A DNA stretch of 64,000 nucleotides from a candidate division FCPU426 bacterium (GTDB taxonomy: Bacteria; Oederibacteriota; Muellerivitia; Muellerivitales; Muellerivitaceae): NCBI GenBank assembly GCA_963847625.1, contig CAWKAR010000027.1:224001-288000 (forward strand). Reading direction: 5' to 3'. Positions 1-10,296 of this stretch are shown in pieces. Position numbers and translations under genes: made by a program. Numbering within the stretch: the stretch's first letter is position 1; each line of letters opens with the position of its first letter. The notes below the pieces were generated by a model, which saw only the letters and a program-made list of their open reading frames with translations, was not told where the DNA came from and made no database searches.

Positions 1-2
1 TA

Positions 3-1919
3 GAGCAATATTCGGACGGCCTTAAAGGAACATCCGAAAAAAAGGAAAAGCCGGAACCAAAAGCGAAAGTAAAAAAGGAAAAGGAACCAGCGGAAGAATT
101 CATTCCGGAAGTCAAGATCGTTTCCTCCAAGTACAGGCCCCTCTTGACCCCGGAGGAGATCCAAGAGGCCTTGGAAGCTGCCTCAAAAGCGGAAGAGGTG
201 GCGGTCGACACCGAAACCACCGGCTTGGACTCCTTGACGGCCGAGATCGTCGGCGTTTCCTTGGCCTGGAAAGAAAAAGAAGCGGTTTATATTCCTTTCA
301 ACCAGCGGTTGGAAAAAGAAAAGCTCCTGAAATTTCTCAAACCGTTCCTGGAAAACCCGAAAATCAAAAAGGGCGGGCAAAACAGCAAGTACGACTGGGC
401 GGTGTTCAAGACCCACGGCATCAACCCCCAGGGATTCGCATTCGACACGATGGTGGAAAGCTACCTTTTGGATTCCTCCAGCCGCCAACACAACTTGGAC
501 GCCATCGCCCTCAAACATTTCAACTACACCAAGATCCCCACCGAGGCAGTGATCGGAAGCGGCAAAAGGCAGATTACCATGGAGAAGGTTCCCCTGGAGG
601 CCATCACCCAGTACGCCTGCGAGGACGCGGATTTCACCTTCCGGGCCCACGCCCTTTTCGCGCCCCGCATCAAAAAAGAAGGGTTGGACCAGCTTTACCA
701 GGAAGTGGAACTGCCGCTCGTGATGGTGCTGGAGGACATGGAGCGAAAGGGAATCTCCATCGACGTCAAACTGCTCCAGAAACTGTCCGGCGAAGCGGGG
801 GAAGAGCTGGAAAAGCTCACCAAGAAGATCTTCAAGGAAGCCGGTGAGGAGTTTAACATCGGCTCCCCTCAGCAATTGGGAAAAATTCTTTTCGAGAAAA
901 TGCAGGTTCAACGGATTTCTGGAACCCGGGTGAAAAAGACCAAAACAGGCTATGCCACCGACGTGGATGTTTTGGAGTCCCTCAAGGGCATCCCGGTGGC
1001 GGACATGCTTTTAGACTACCGGCAAACCGCCAAATTGAAGAACACCTACCTGGACGTTTTGCCCACGCTGGTCCATCCCCGGGACGGCCGCATCCACACC
1101 TCCTACAACCAGACGGTAACTGCGACGGGCCGGCTTTCTTCCACCGACCCCAATTTGCAGAATATCCCCATTCGCTCGGAATTCGGCCGGAAGATCCGCG
1201 CGGCTTTCGTGGCGGAGGGCCCCCAAAAAACGCTGATCTCGGCTGATTACTCCCAAATCGAATTGAGGGTCCTGGCGCACATTACCGAGGATCCGAACCT
1301 GATCGAGACTTTCCAGAACGAAGAGGATGTCCATGCGCGCACCGCCTCGCTGATATTCGGGATGCCCCTGGAAAAAGTAACGCCGGGCCAGCGGAGCCAG
1401 GCCAAAACCATCAACTTCGGGGTCATCTACGGCATGGGCCCCCAACGGCTGGCCCGGGAGAACGGCGTCACCATGGCTGAAGCCAAGAAATTCATCGAGG
1501 AATATTTTGCCAAGTACCCCGGCATCCAAAAATTCACGACTGAGCAGGTGGAAACCGCTAAAAAACAAAATTATGTGTCGACCATCCTGGGGCGCAAACG
1601 GCTTATCCCGGAAATCCATTCCACTAACATCGGGCTTCGGATCAACGCGGAGCACATGGCGGTGAACACGCCCATCCAGGGGTCAGCCGCGGATCTGATC
1701 AAGGTGGCCATGGTCCGGCTTCATGAGAAACTCAAACAAAAAAAGATGGAAACTGCCATGCTTCTGCAGGTGCACGACGAACTGGTTTTCGAGGCGCCGA
1801 AAAACGAGGTGGAGAACGCCAAGCAGATGATCGTCCATGAAATGGAAAACGCCATGAAACTGAAAGTTCCCCTCAAGGTCGACGTGGGGGTGGGCAAGAA
1901 CTGGCTGGAAGCCCACTAA
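3..1919 (+). CDS. polA: DNA polymerase I, 5'-partial (3'-5' exonuclease and polymerase domains)
   Basis: Family A polymerase motifs DTETTGL, TATGRLSS.DPNLQNIP, DYSQIELRVLAH, AKTINFGVIYG and QVHDELVFE. The frame is open from base 3, so the gene starts before the window. Confidence 0.98.
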   Translation, partial: EQYSDGLKGTSEKKEKPEPKAKVKKEKEPAEEFIPEVKIVSSKYRPLLTPEEIQEALEAASKAEEVAVDTETTGLDSLTAEIVGVSLAWKEKEAVYIPFNQRLEKEKLLKFLKPFLENPKIKKGGQNSKYDWAVFKTHGINPQGFAFDTMVESYLLDSSSRQHNLDAIALKHFNYTKIPTEAVIGSGKRQITMEKVPLEAITQYACEDADFTFRAHALFAPRIKKEGLDQLYQEVELPLVMVLEDMERKGISIDVKLLQKLSGEAGEELEKLTKKIFKEAGEEFNIGSPQQLGKILFEKMQVQRISGTRVKKTKTGYATDVDVLESLKGIPVADMLLDYRQTAKLKNTYLDVLPTLVHPRDGRIHTSYNQTVTATGRLSSTDPNLQNIPIRSEFGRKIRAAFVAEGPQKTLISADYSQIELRVLAHITEDPNLIETFQNEEDVHARTASLIFGMPLEKVTPGQRSQAKTINFGVIYGMGPQRLARENGVTMAEAKKFIEEYFAKYPGIQKFTTEQVETAKKQNYVSTILGRKRLIPEIHSTNIGLRINAEHMAVNTPIQGSAADLIKVAMVRLHEKLKQKKMETAMLLQVHDELVFEAPKNEVENAKQMIVHEMENAMKLKVPLKVDVGVGKNWLEAH

Positions 1920-1954
1920 CGGATGAAGAGTCAATAAATCCCGGGAGGGGATTC

Positions 1955-4096
1955 GTGACGAAAAAGGCGAAATGGTTCTTCTGTTTTGTTTTATTCGCCC
2001 TCTCGGGCATCGGAAGCCAGTTTCTATTCGCCACCTCGGGAGAGACCCTGGTTTGGGGATTGGGCTTTCCGTTTTTTCTTTTAGCCTTGGTCTTATTCGG
2101 TTTTTTGACTTCCTCCCTTCCGCCTCAATCCATTCCCGAAGAACCCCTGCCGCCGGTGACGGCGTTCGGATTATTCGGGGCGGTCGCGGCGCTGGCGTTG
2201 TTTTTCGGAACCTTCCGGATTTTGCTTGAGCCCCCCGGGTTTTTCGTCGACCAGGGCTCCATGGGTTTGGATGCTCTCCGGCTTTTAAAGGGGCATTGCC
2301 TCCCGCCGTTCCATTTAATCTACCTCAACAGCCCGCCCCTCATTATTTATTGCCTGGCCGCGTGGTTCGCGCTTTTTCCCGCTACGACCCTTTCCCTGCA
2401 TCTATTCTTTTTAACGGTGTCTTGGGCGGGAATGCTTTTTTTTTACTGGTTTCTCCGAGACCTGGGCGGGAAACGATGGGCCCTGACCGGTTTGGCGGTT
2501 TTGGCGGTCATGAGATGGTATTTCCTCGTCGCGCGGGACGGGTTTCCCAGCATCGAGGCGCCTTTTTTTACTTTTCTCGTTTTGCTCTTTTGGTGGAAAG
2601 CATTGCAGACCCGGAATATGGCCTATTACGCCCTGGGGGGCTTTTTTTTAGGGGCCGGGTATTATGCTTACCAGTCCCTGAAAGTCCTACCTTTGTTGGT
2701 GGTGATCCTGGCCCTATACGAAATAAAAATGAAAATTCCCGGCCTGCGATGGAAAGGAACAGCCCTCATGGGGGGTGTGTTTTTGGCCGTAGCTTCGCCA
2801 GTTCTCTATTCATGGATCCAACAGGGGAGCTTGGGGGCCCGGGAATCCTTCCTTTGGATCGGCCAAGAAATAATCACCAAAAAAAGCCTCGCGCCACTTT
2901 TTAAGAACCTGACGGATTGGGCCTTGATGTTCAACCGCCTGGAGGCTCCCTATCCCTTCAAGTGGGCCGAAGGCCACCGGCTTTTGGATGATTCCGCCTC
3001 TTTTTTGTTATGGATCGGTTTTTTCCACGCCCTCAGGTATTGGAAGAACAGGGCCTGTTTTTACTCGTTCACCGGATTTCTCGTGATGAGCCTTCCTTTG
3101 ATTTTAGCCTCGGACCGCCTGATGGCCGAAAGGATCGCGGGAGCCGCGCCTTTCGCAGCCTCCTTGGCCGCGCTACCGGTGCTGGCGCTTCTTCGCGGGA
3201 CGAGGGAGAGGCTGGGACGGGTCCCAAGCCTCCTTTGGGTTTCCTTGGCTTTGGCTTTCGCCCTCTCGGTTTACCAGAATTACGACGTTTATTTCCGCCA
3301 GCAGGCGGGCGACCGGGACAACTGGCACAGTTTCACGCCCGAAGCGACCCGGGTCGCGGAAACGGTGGTGTCTCATCCGGGCGTGGCCTATGAGCTGGCC
3401 CCCTGTTTTTGGGGACAGGAAACCGTCAAATTTCTTTGCTTCGACCAAGCGGGCAGGGTCCGGCCGCTCGATTTGCAACAAGCCCTCCGTCCGAAAGCGC
3501 CCCCCCCTGGAAATCTTTGCTTCGTGTTGGACCAGGGGAAAAGACCGACCCTCGAACTCTTGAAAAAGGTTTACCGGGGGGGCGGGGAAGAAGAACTAAA
3601 AGATCCCTGGGGCGTTCCCATGGCTTATTTATATTATTGGAGGGGCGGTCCGGGGAGGGAATGCCGCCCCCTGGAAGAACGGGGCCTCTTGGGGCGCTAC
3701 TTTGAATCGGGGGACGGTTCGGGAAGCCCGAGCGCGGTACGCTGGGATCCCCTCCTGAATTTCACGCACCTGAGCGATTTTCTCGTTCCGGGCCCGGGTT
3801 TCTTCGTCCAATGGAACGGGGTTTTGAACGCGCCACAAAAGGGGAAGTACGGGTTTTCCATTCTTTCAAAGGACCATGGAAAGCTTTGGGTGGATGGCCG
3901 TCCGGTGATAGATACCTGGGTTTCGAGCCAAGCTTCCATCAAACTTTCAAAGGGAGAGCACCGGATTGACCTTTCAGATGGAAGGACCAGGTTCGGGGAA
4001 ATCCGAATGGATTTCCACCTGCTGTGGATGCCTCCTGGCCAGTCCCACTTCAGCTTGGTTCCTATGATGGCTTTCGGAAAGCTCCCGCGGCACTGA
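1955..4096 (+). CDS. GT-C fold (GT39/ArnT-like) membrane glycosyltransferase with C-terminal PA14 domain
   Basis: Many transmembrane segments, a PPGFFVDQ loop, and a C-terminal PA14-like segment (GLLGRYF...FFVQWNGVLNAP..GKYGF). Confidence 0.75.
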   Translation: MTKKAKWFFCFVLFALSGIGSQFLFATSGETLVWGLGFPFFLLALVLFGFLTSSLPPQSIPEEPLPPVTAFGLFGAVAALALFFGTFRILLEPPGFFVDQGSMGLDALRLLKGHCLPPFHLIYLNSPPLIIYCLAAWFALFPATTLSLHLFFLTVSWAGMLFFYWFLRDLGGKRWALTGLAVLAVMRWYFLVARDGFPSIEAPFFTFLVLLFWWKALQTRNMAYYALGGFFLGAGYYAYQSLKVLPLLVVILALYEIKMKIPGLRWKGTALMGGVFLAVASPVLYSWIQQGSLGARESFLWIGQEIITKKSLAPLFKNLTDWALMFNRLEAPYPFKWAEGHRLLDDSASFLLWIGFFHALRYWKNRACFYSFTGFLVMSLPLILASDRLMAERIAGAAPFAASLAALPVLALLRGTRERLGRVPSLLWVSLALAFALSVYQNYDVYFRQQAGDRDNWHSFTPEATRVAETVVSHPGVAYELAPCFWGQETVKFLCFDQAGRVRPLDLQQALRPKAPPPGNLCFVLDQGKRPTLELLKKVYRGGGEEELKDPWGVPMAYLYYWRGGPGRECRPLEERGLLGRYFESGDGSGSPSAVRWDPLLNFTHLSDFLVPGPGFFVQWNGVLNAPQKGKYGFSILSKDHGKLWVDGRPVIDTWVSSQASIKLSKGEHRIDLSDGRTRFGEIRMDFHLLWMPPGQSHFSLVPMMAFGKLPRH

Positions 4097-4255
4097 ATTT
4101 TCCCGGATTCATGTAACTTAAAATTCGGAAAACCCCGAGGCTTGACCGGGAAACCATATAGCCAAAACCCCTTAAGCGTCCCTTCGCGGGAATGTATCTT
4201 TCAGGTTTTCCTTGCATGCTTCCGGCAGCAAGGCGTAGTTAACCCCATCTCGCCA

Positions 4256-4741
4256 CTATTTCACCAACTGCAGGTCGGGGTTTTGGGTTCCGTACTGGGT
4301 GGCACTTAAATCAACGTCCTCCGGCGGACTTTGCTTGTAAAGCCGGTAAGCGGTGGCAAGGGCCTTATAATAATAAAAGCCGAATTCCAACTTGTCCCTT
4401 TCGACCTTGTCAAATACCACCGCGTTGGCCCCGATTTCAGCGGCTTTCTTTTGGAATCCCTGGATGAGTTTTTCATAGGACCATTGGGAATTCGGAGGAG
4501 TCAAGAGGGTGCCCACCGCGACCGATTGAAGGTCGGGAGGAAAAGCGTCCTTGGAGAGGAAAAAGTAAATTTCGTTGGGTTGCAGTGCGGGCAAGGAAGC
4601 TTGGGGATCGAACTTTTTTACCACTGCCGGGTATTCATAAAGGAGGGTAAATCCACAGCCGCCAATGCTCAGCGCCAATCCGGCGAAAAAAAAGAAACTA
4701 AGGAAGTTATTAGACCCGCTTGGTTTAAAAGTGTTTTTCAT
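4256..4741 (-). CDS. Hypothetical lipoprotein
   Basis: Hydrophobic signal ending IGGC; KKAAEIGANAVV resembles YbjQ-like folds. Confidence 0.65.
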   Translation of the reverse strand: MKNTFKPSGSNNFLSFFFFAGLALSIGGCGFTLLYEYPAVVKKFDPQASLPALQPNEIYFFLSKDAFPPDLQSVAVGTLLTPPNSQWSYEKLIQGFQKKAAEIGANAVVFDKVERDKLEFGFYYYKALATAYRLYKQSPPEDVDLSATQYGTQNPDLQLVK

Positions 4742-5194
4742 TTTTTATTCTTTGACCCGGCTGCCATTTTACCCCTGCCGGTGTTGGGCCCTCGTCGTGG
4801 ACAAGGCCGGCCCGGGGAAATCATATCACAGGAATTGGTTTAGGTTTGTTTCATCATCGGAACAAAACTGGTTTTCAGGATCAGATTTTTGCGAGAGGCC
4901 AGGCCCTCATTTTTTTGTTTGGGATTATTTGACTTAAGATCGGGTTGGCAACCTACCACCATTCCATATTTAAAAACGATTCTTCCCCAATGCATTCCCC
5001 CTAATAAAAACAAGTTAGGAATTTCATCATTCTCGACAATGAAAGGAAGAAAGCTCAGGAATAGAAAAGGAAATTCCTTGGCATTTGGCGAAAACCAGAA
5101 TAAAAACGTGGTGAATTAACCCGGCCTAACGTCTAAAATCTGGTTTCAATATAAACCCTTCGGCCTTGATTGAGGCTGGAGTAGGAGGAATTTC

Positions 5195-5817
5195 ATGCTT
5201 CAAGCCATCAAGGCTTTCGCCCTCTTGGGGGGGAATGGGTCCTTTACCTATTATTAGCTTTGTCCATCTGGAGTATCGCAGTCATCTGGGACCGGTTTTT
5301 CCTGTTCCGGAAAAAAGCCAAGGACGCCCAAATGCTGGAAGAGAAGATTCCTTCCCTCTTCGCCCAGGGGCAATTCGAGGAAGCGCGGGAACTGGTGGAA
5401 AAATCCGATTCCCCCGCGGGAGCCATCCTGAAAGCGGGATTGTCCAACCTGTCCGCTGGGCCCGTCGCCTTGGAGCAAATCATGGAAAGCCAGAAAATCC
5501 TGGAAAAAATGGCGATGGAAAAAAACCTGCTCGTGCTGGGCACCCTGGGTAGCAACGCACCTTTCATCGGCTTGTTCGGGACCGTCCTGGGAATCATCAA
5601 GGCGTTCAACGACCTGGCCCTGGCCGGCACCTCGGGGCCGACCGTGGTCATGCGGGGCGTCTCCGAGGCCCTGGTCGCCACCGCGGTTGGGCTCCTGATA
5701 GCCATCCCCTGCGTGGCCGCCTTCAACTACTTCCAAAACCTGGTCAAGCGCTCGCTCTTGAACGCCGACCGGCTTTCGGGACTGCTCCTAGCCTACACCC
5801 CAAGGGAAAAGGGATAA
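5195..5817 (+). CDS. exbB: ExbB/TolQ/MotA proton channel, frameshifted at a G7 tract (5227-5233)
   Basis: Motifs GTLGSNAPFIGLFGTVLGII and EALVATAVGLLIAIP. AGGAGG precedes ATG 5195, which joins the main frame only if the G tract is G8. Confidence 0.85.
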
Positions 5818-5821
5818 GAAC

Positions 5822-6226
5822 ATGGCCCATACCCGCCACGACCCCGACGAGCCGATCACCCAGATCAACGTCGTGCCGCTGGTGGACATCATGCTGGTGC
5901 TTTTGATCATCTTCATGCTGACGGCCAGTTTCATCGCGACACCTTCCGTTCCGGTCCACCTGCCCAAAGCTTACACTTCCGACCCGTCCCTCCCCCGGAG
6001 CATCTCGGTGGTCCTGAACACCAAGGGCGAAATCTTCTACCAGGGCAAGAAAATCGTGAGGGAGGATTTGCCCAACCGCTTGCGGGGTTCCGCTGCCACG
6101 AACCCGGAACTCCGGGTCGTGCTTTCTGCGGATGATACGGTGACCCACGGCAAGGTGATCGAGGTCCTGGACATGATGCGCCAGGCGGGCATCACCCAGG
6201 TCGCCCTGGGAGTGGAGAAACCTTGA
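5822..6226 (+). CDS. exbD: Biopolymer transporter ExbD
   Basis: INVVPLVDIMLVLLIIFM motif, directly after exbB. Confidence 0.93.
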   Translation: MAHTRHDPDEPITQINVVPLVDIMLVLLIIFMLTASFIATPSVPVHLPKAYTSDPSLPRSISVVLNTKGEIFYQGKKIVREDLPNRLRGSAATNPELRVVLSADDTVTHGKVIEVLDMMRQAGITQVALGVEKP

Positions 6227-6819
6227 GAAGCCCCGCTTTCCTTTCCGTCCGCCCCCTGTCCTGGGTTTTGTCCCTGGGGATTCACGCGGCTTTCATCCTG
6301 GGGGTCCTATGGCTGGCGCGCCCCCGCCTCCTGGACCTGACCATGGTCACCCTGGAATCGGCACAGGCCAAAGCGACGGCCTTTTTCCAACCGGCGAAAG
6401 AGGACCTTTGGCAAAGGCCCATGTTGAAGATCACCGGAAGGATTCCACTTCCGAAACCTAAACCCGAGCCAACGCCTCCGCCGCCCTCCGCCCAGGCGGT
6501 CCCCTCCTCGGGGGAGGGAATCGGCCAGATCCGAACGGTGGCCCAAGTCAGCCAATTGCCCCAATTCAAGAACCAGGTCCAAGCTGTTTACCCGGAAGCC
6601 GCCAAGAACGCGAACCTCGAGGGTGTCGTAATGCTTCAAGTGGATATTGACGCCAGCGGTTTCGTCATGGACGTGAAGGTGATCCAAAGCTTGGGTTCCG
6701 GGTGCGACGAGGCGGCGGTTAACGCCATGAAGCAGTCCACATTTTCACCGGCCATGGCGGGCACGGAAGCGGTGCCGGTGAGGATCCGGATTCCTTACCG
6801 GTTCAAGATCAACGGATGA
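6223..6819 (+). CDS. tonB: Energy transducer TonB
   Basis: N-terminal TM helix with SLGIH, Pro-rich spacer, YPEAAK..NLEGVV C-terminal domain. Confidence 0.9.
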   Translation: MRSPAFLSVRPLSWVLSLGIHAAFILGVLWLARPRLLDLTMVTLESAQAKATAFFQPAKEDLWQRPMLKITGRIPLPKPKPEPTPPPPSAQAVPSSGEGIGQIRTVAQVSQLPQFKNQVQAVYPEAAKNANLEGVVMLQVDIDASGFVMDVKVIQSLGSGCDEAAVNAMKQSTFSPAMAGTEAVPVRIRIPYRFKING

Positions 6820-7163
6820 AATAAAAAATAAGTTATGTCATTGCGAGATGTGAGCTATGCAGCGTGGCAATCACAGTTTGTGGGAGGTTTGCACTGTGAG
6901 TTTAATTCTTTTTTCGCCCCCTTCACTCAAGCATTCATTTAATCCGCAGGGGTGAGTTATTGAACGCTTGTACGCTGACTCGCTCCACACATTCCCCGGT
7001 GGGTTCTTGAATTAAGGGCATGTTGGAGTGCCCATAGATTCTCGAGAAGTTAGGCGCTTATAGGGTCTCCCTTTCGTTCACTGGTTTCGTGTTAAGTCGG
7101 GCTATTTGAATGATGCTCTCTTGATGGGGGCGGAGATTTTAATAAAGGTAGGCATTTAAAGGA

Positions 7164-9602
7164 TTGAATTTGAAAAGATTTAGAAAATACTTTTGGCTAA
7201 CCCTTTTGCTGTTACTCGGCTTTTGGAATTCCGCGAGTAGCCAGGAATTGATCCCCGAATCTATCCCGACCGCCGGCCCGGCCCAATCGGCTGAAACTCT
7301 TTATCTTTTATCAGGCCGGATCTTGGAGAAGGGAACTAAGGACCCGGTCCTGGGCGGAAGTCTTTTCCTGGAAGCAGCGGGAAATACGCTCCTTGCGGAG
7401 CCGGCGTCCAACACCCCGGAGGCCCAAACCAACCAGACGCCGGTTCCGGACATTACCCCCGTTCCGACCCCGGTGACCTACTCGGCGGACGCGGACTTGA
7501 AAGGGAATTACAAGGTTTCTGTGCCGGCGGGTACCTACCGTTTGGTCGCCGCGGGGGAAGGGTTCAAAAAAGTCACCCGGGCTTCTTTTCCCATTGGAAA
7601 AAATACGCATAAGGATTTTTATCTCGACCGGGAAGGCTTCACCTTGCCCGAGGTTTTGGTGACCACCACCAAGGTTCCCAAAACCCAGGTCAGTCACGAG
7701 TCCCTATCGAAGGCTGAATTAGTGGAAGTGCCTGGAACGCAGGAGGATGTTCTCAAGGCCCTTCAAGCCCTTCCGGGTGTCATCACCGCCGGGTCCCTCA
7801 ACGGTCAGCTTTTGGTACGGGGAAGCGGGCCCAATGACAACCAGTATTACGTGGATAACATCCCCATAGGGTACCCCTATCACTTTGGCATTGTCTCAAC
7901 ACTGGATTCAAACCTGGTTAAAGACATCGATTTTTATGCCGGCGGGTTCGGCCCCCAGTACCCGAATTCCATGGGCGGCCTGGTGGATGTCACCCAGAGG
8001 GATCCCAGGTCCGACCGCTGGGGCTTTCGCGCGGATGTGAACCTGTTCCTCTCTGAAATCGAATTCGAGGGGCCCATTAACCCGGAAAGCTCCCTGGCTA
8101 TTGCCGGGCGCCGGAGTTACCTGGACCTTTTCATCAAGGATTTTTCCGGATCGGGAGCCACCATCCTGGTGCCTGATTTCTCCGATTACCAGGTGAAGTA
8201 CAGCTACAACTCCTCCCCGAAAATCCACTGGGATTTTCTGGCCATGGGCAGCGCCGATTCCATCAGCGGGGATATCTCGAACTCAGCGACCTTCGCGGCG
8301 AATGACCCGGAACTTGCGGGAAATTTCAACTTCACCAACGGTTACAACAACCAGGGGATCAATTTCAGGGACCTCCTGGACGACCAGAACAGGATCACCA
8401 ACGCCCTTTACCACACGGACAGCTATTTGAACTTTTCCCTGGGACCCGGACTCTTCGAGAACAATTCCATCGAGGATTTCGGGGACAAGTTTTCCCTCGT
8501 CCATGATTTCAACCCCGACGCCAGCCTGGAAGGGGGAATTCAATACGACCATTTCGTCAACGATTTGAGCGCCTATTACGCCGTTTACACCGACCAGAAC
8601 GGCCAGCCTAACGGAACCTTCAACCTGACGACCGCGCCCAAGCTCAGTTCCACGGGTACCGTCAACTCCGACGATTTTTCCGCCTACCTAGACCAGAAGT
8701 TCAAGGCCCTCGAGAAAAAACTGGAAATCTCGGTGGGTGCACGGGCGGATTACGTGAATTCGGATTCCACGGTGTTCCTCACCCCCCGGGCCGCGGCCGC
8801 CTACCATTTGACCGCGGACACCACCCTGAAGGCTTCCTTAGGCCTGTATGACGAGTCCCCCGACCGCATCCTGGGCGCGCCATACCTGGACGCGGGACTG
8901 GGCAACCCCCACCTGGCGCCCGAGCAATCCATCGACACGGTTCTGGGCGTGGAGCAAAAGCTGAACGATTCGGGACTTCTCTTCAGGGTCGAGGGTTACA
9001 AAAAGGATTTCTCCAATTTAATCGTCGCCAATCCCATCCTCAGTCCAGGCCAGGCCTATATCAATACCGGCTCGGGTTACGCCCAAGGGCTGGAAATTTT
9101 TCTCAGGCAACCACCCACTGAACGTTTCTTCGGCTGGATCGCCTATACCCACAGCCTATCCCAACGGCAGGATTCCCCTTCCGGCCCGACCTTTCCCTTC
9201 GAATATGACGAGCCCAATGGCCTGATTGCGGTGGGAACCTACAAATTTAATCCCGGATGGGACATGGGATTCAAGGTCCTCCTTGACGCCGGGCTTCCCT
9301 ACACCCCTGTGGCTTCTGCGGGGCAAACCGCCGTGACCGTCAACGGCCAGCCCACCACTATTTACGTGGCCCAATACGGCCCCACGGACTCGGCCCGGCT
9401 TCCAGCTTATAAAAGGCTGGATTTTTCCACTTCCATCAAAACCACCTACGACACCTGGGAATGGAAGGTCTATTTGGATATAGTCAACCTGCTTGGGACC
9501 AAGAACGTGCTGGGTTACCAGTACAACAACACTTACACCCAAAAGACGGAGCGGGACGACCTGCCGTTCCTGCCTTACCTGGGTTTAGAGGTGAAGTATT
9601 AG
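7164..9602 (+). CDS. TonB-dependent outer membrane receptor
   Basis: Signal peptide, carboxypeptidase-regulatory-like N-domain, plug motifs (LQALPGV, LLVRGSGP) and beta-barrel C-terminus; follows exbBD-tonB. Confidence 0.92.
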   Translation: MNLKRFRKYFWLTLLLLLGFWNSASSQELIPESIPTAGPAQSAETLYLLSGRILEKGTKDPVLGGSLFLEAAGNTLLAEPASNTPEAQTNQTPVPDITPVPTPVTYSADADLKGNYKVSVPAGTYRLVAAGEGFKKVTRASFPIGKNTHKDFYLDREGFTLPEVLVTTTKVPKTQVSHESLSKAELVEVPGTQEDVLKALQALPGVITAGSLNGQLLVRGSGPNDNQYYVDNIPIGYPYHFGIVSTLDSNLVKDIDFYAGGFGPQYPNSMGGLVDVTQRDPRSDRWGFRADVNLFLSEIEFEGPINPESSLAIAGRRSYLDLFIKDFSGSGATILVPDFSDYQVKYSYNSSPKIHWDFLAMGSADSISGDISNSATFAANDPELAGNFNFTNGYNNQGINFRDLLDDQNRITNALYHTDSYLNFSLGPGLFENNSIEDFGDKFSLVHDFNPDASLEGGIQYDHFVNDLSAYYAVYTDQNGQPNGTFNLTTAPKLSSTGTVNSDDFSAYLDQKFKALEKKLEISVGARADYVNSDSTVFLTPRAAAAYHLTADTTLKASLGLYDESPDRILGAPYLDAGLGNPHLAPEQSIDTVLGVEQKLNDSGLLFRVEGYKKDFSNLIVANPILSPGQAYINTGSGYAQGLEIFLRQPPTERFFGWIAYTHSLSQRQDSPSGPTFPFEYDEPNGLIAVGTYKFNPGWDMGFKVLLDAGLPYTPVASAGQTAVTVNGQPTTIYVAQYGPTDSARLPAYKRLDFSTSIKTTYDTWEWKVYLDIVNLLGTKNVLGYQYNNTYTQKTERDDLPFLPYLGLEVKY

Positions 9603-9836
9603 ACCAACCCAACCCTTACCACACGGCCCTTCGCACCGCAGCGAGGGGCCGTGGACAGAGGAACAGCTAAGAAAATAATTTTAAATTAGATCATCATTAA
9701 TAGTTGCGTCTTTGCGTTTCTGTGGTGTATTAGACCTTGAAATGTGGGGCCCGCCCATGCGTCTCGGGGTCCCGGCTCAAATCACCGAAATAGAATTGAG
9801 CCGCGGTTGAAGGGCTTTTGAGGCTGGGAGGCGAAA

Positions 9837-10223
9837 TTGGCGAAGAAAAAAAAGAATAATAAAAAGATGATATTTGCAGTAAGTGTTCCCGTCGTTTTTT
9901 TAGTTCTCTTGTATTTTATCTTTCAATGGCAAAGTGGAAAAAAAGTAAGCACTGACGGCGGAAAAACACTTGAAAATCCGGGCCAAATAAATTTGTTGTT
10001 TATTGGTTTCAAGATCAAAAATTTTCGATGGCCGGCCAATATAGTTGAACTGGAAAATTACCTGAAAGAAAACAAAGAAAAAGGGGATTACGATTTAACG
10101 GCCTATCAAAACTTGACTTTCACGGAAACCCCCCAGAAAACGCTTAAAATCCATTACGACGGTTACGAAAAAGGGAATGTCACCGCGGGACCGTATGACG
10201 CGGAACTTAATATGGGCCCCTAA
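9837..10223 (+). CDS. Hypothetical membrane-anchored protein
   Basis: Basic N-terminus followed by one TM helix; GGAGG upstream. Confidence 0.6.
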   Translation: MAKKKKNNKKMIFAVSVPVVFLVLLYFIFQWQSGKKVSTDGGKTLENPGQINLLFIGFKIKNFRWPANIVELENYLKENKEKGDYDLTAYQNLTFTETPQKTLKIHYDGYEKGNVTAGPYDAELNMGP

Positions 10224-10296
10224 TGTGTTTATCGCAAGTTGCTCCATTTCAGATAGAGGAATATGATATTTGAAGATTATCTTGCCGGAGGCGTTC

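Noticed and set aside
6820..7163. Cobalamin riboswitch or Fur box before the TonB-dependent receptor
   Set aside because: No recognisable B12 box or Fur consensus; only a REP-like fragment.
9745..9810. Possible ncRNA hairpin CGGCTCAA...TTGAGCCG
   Set aside because: It is a single stem with no family motifs or second copy.
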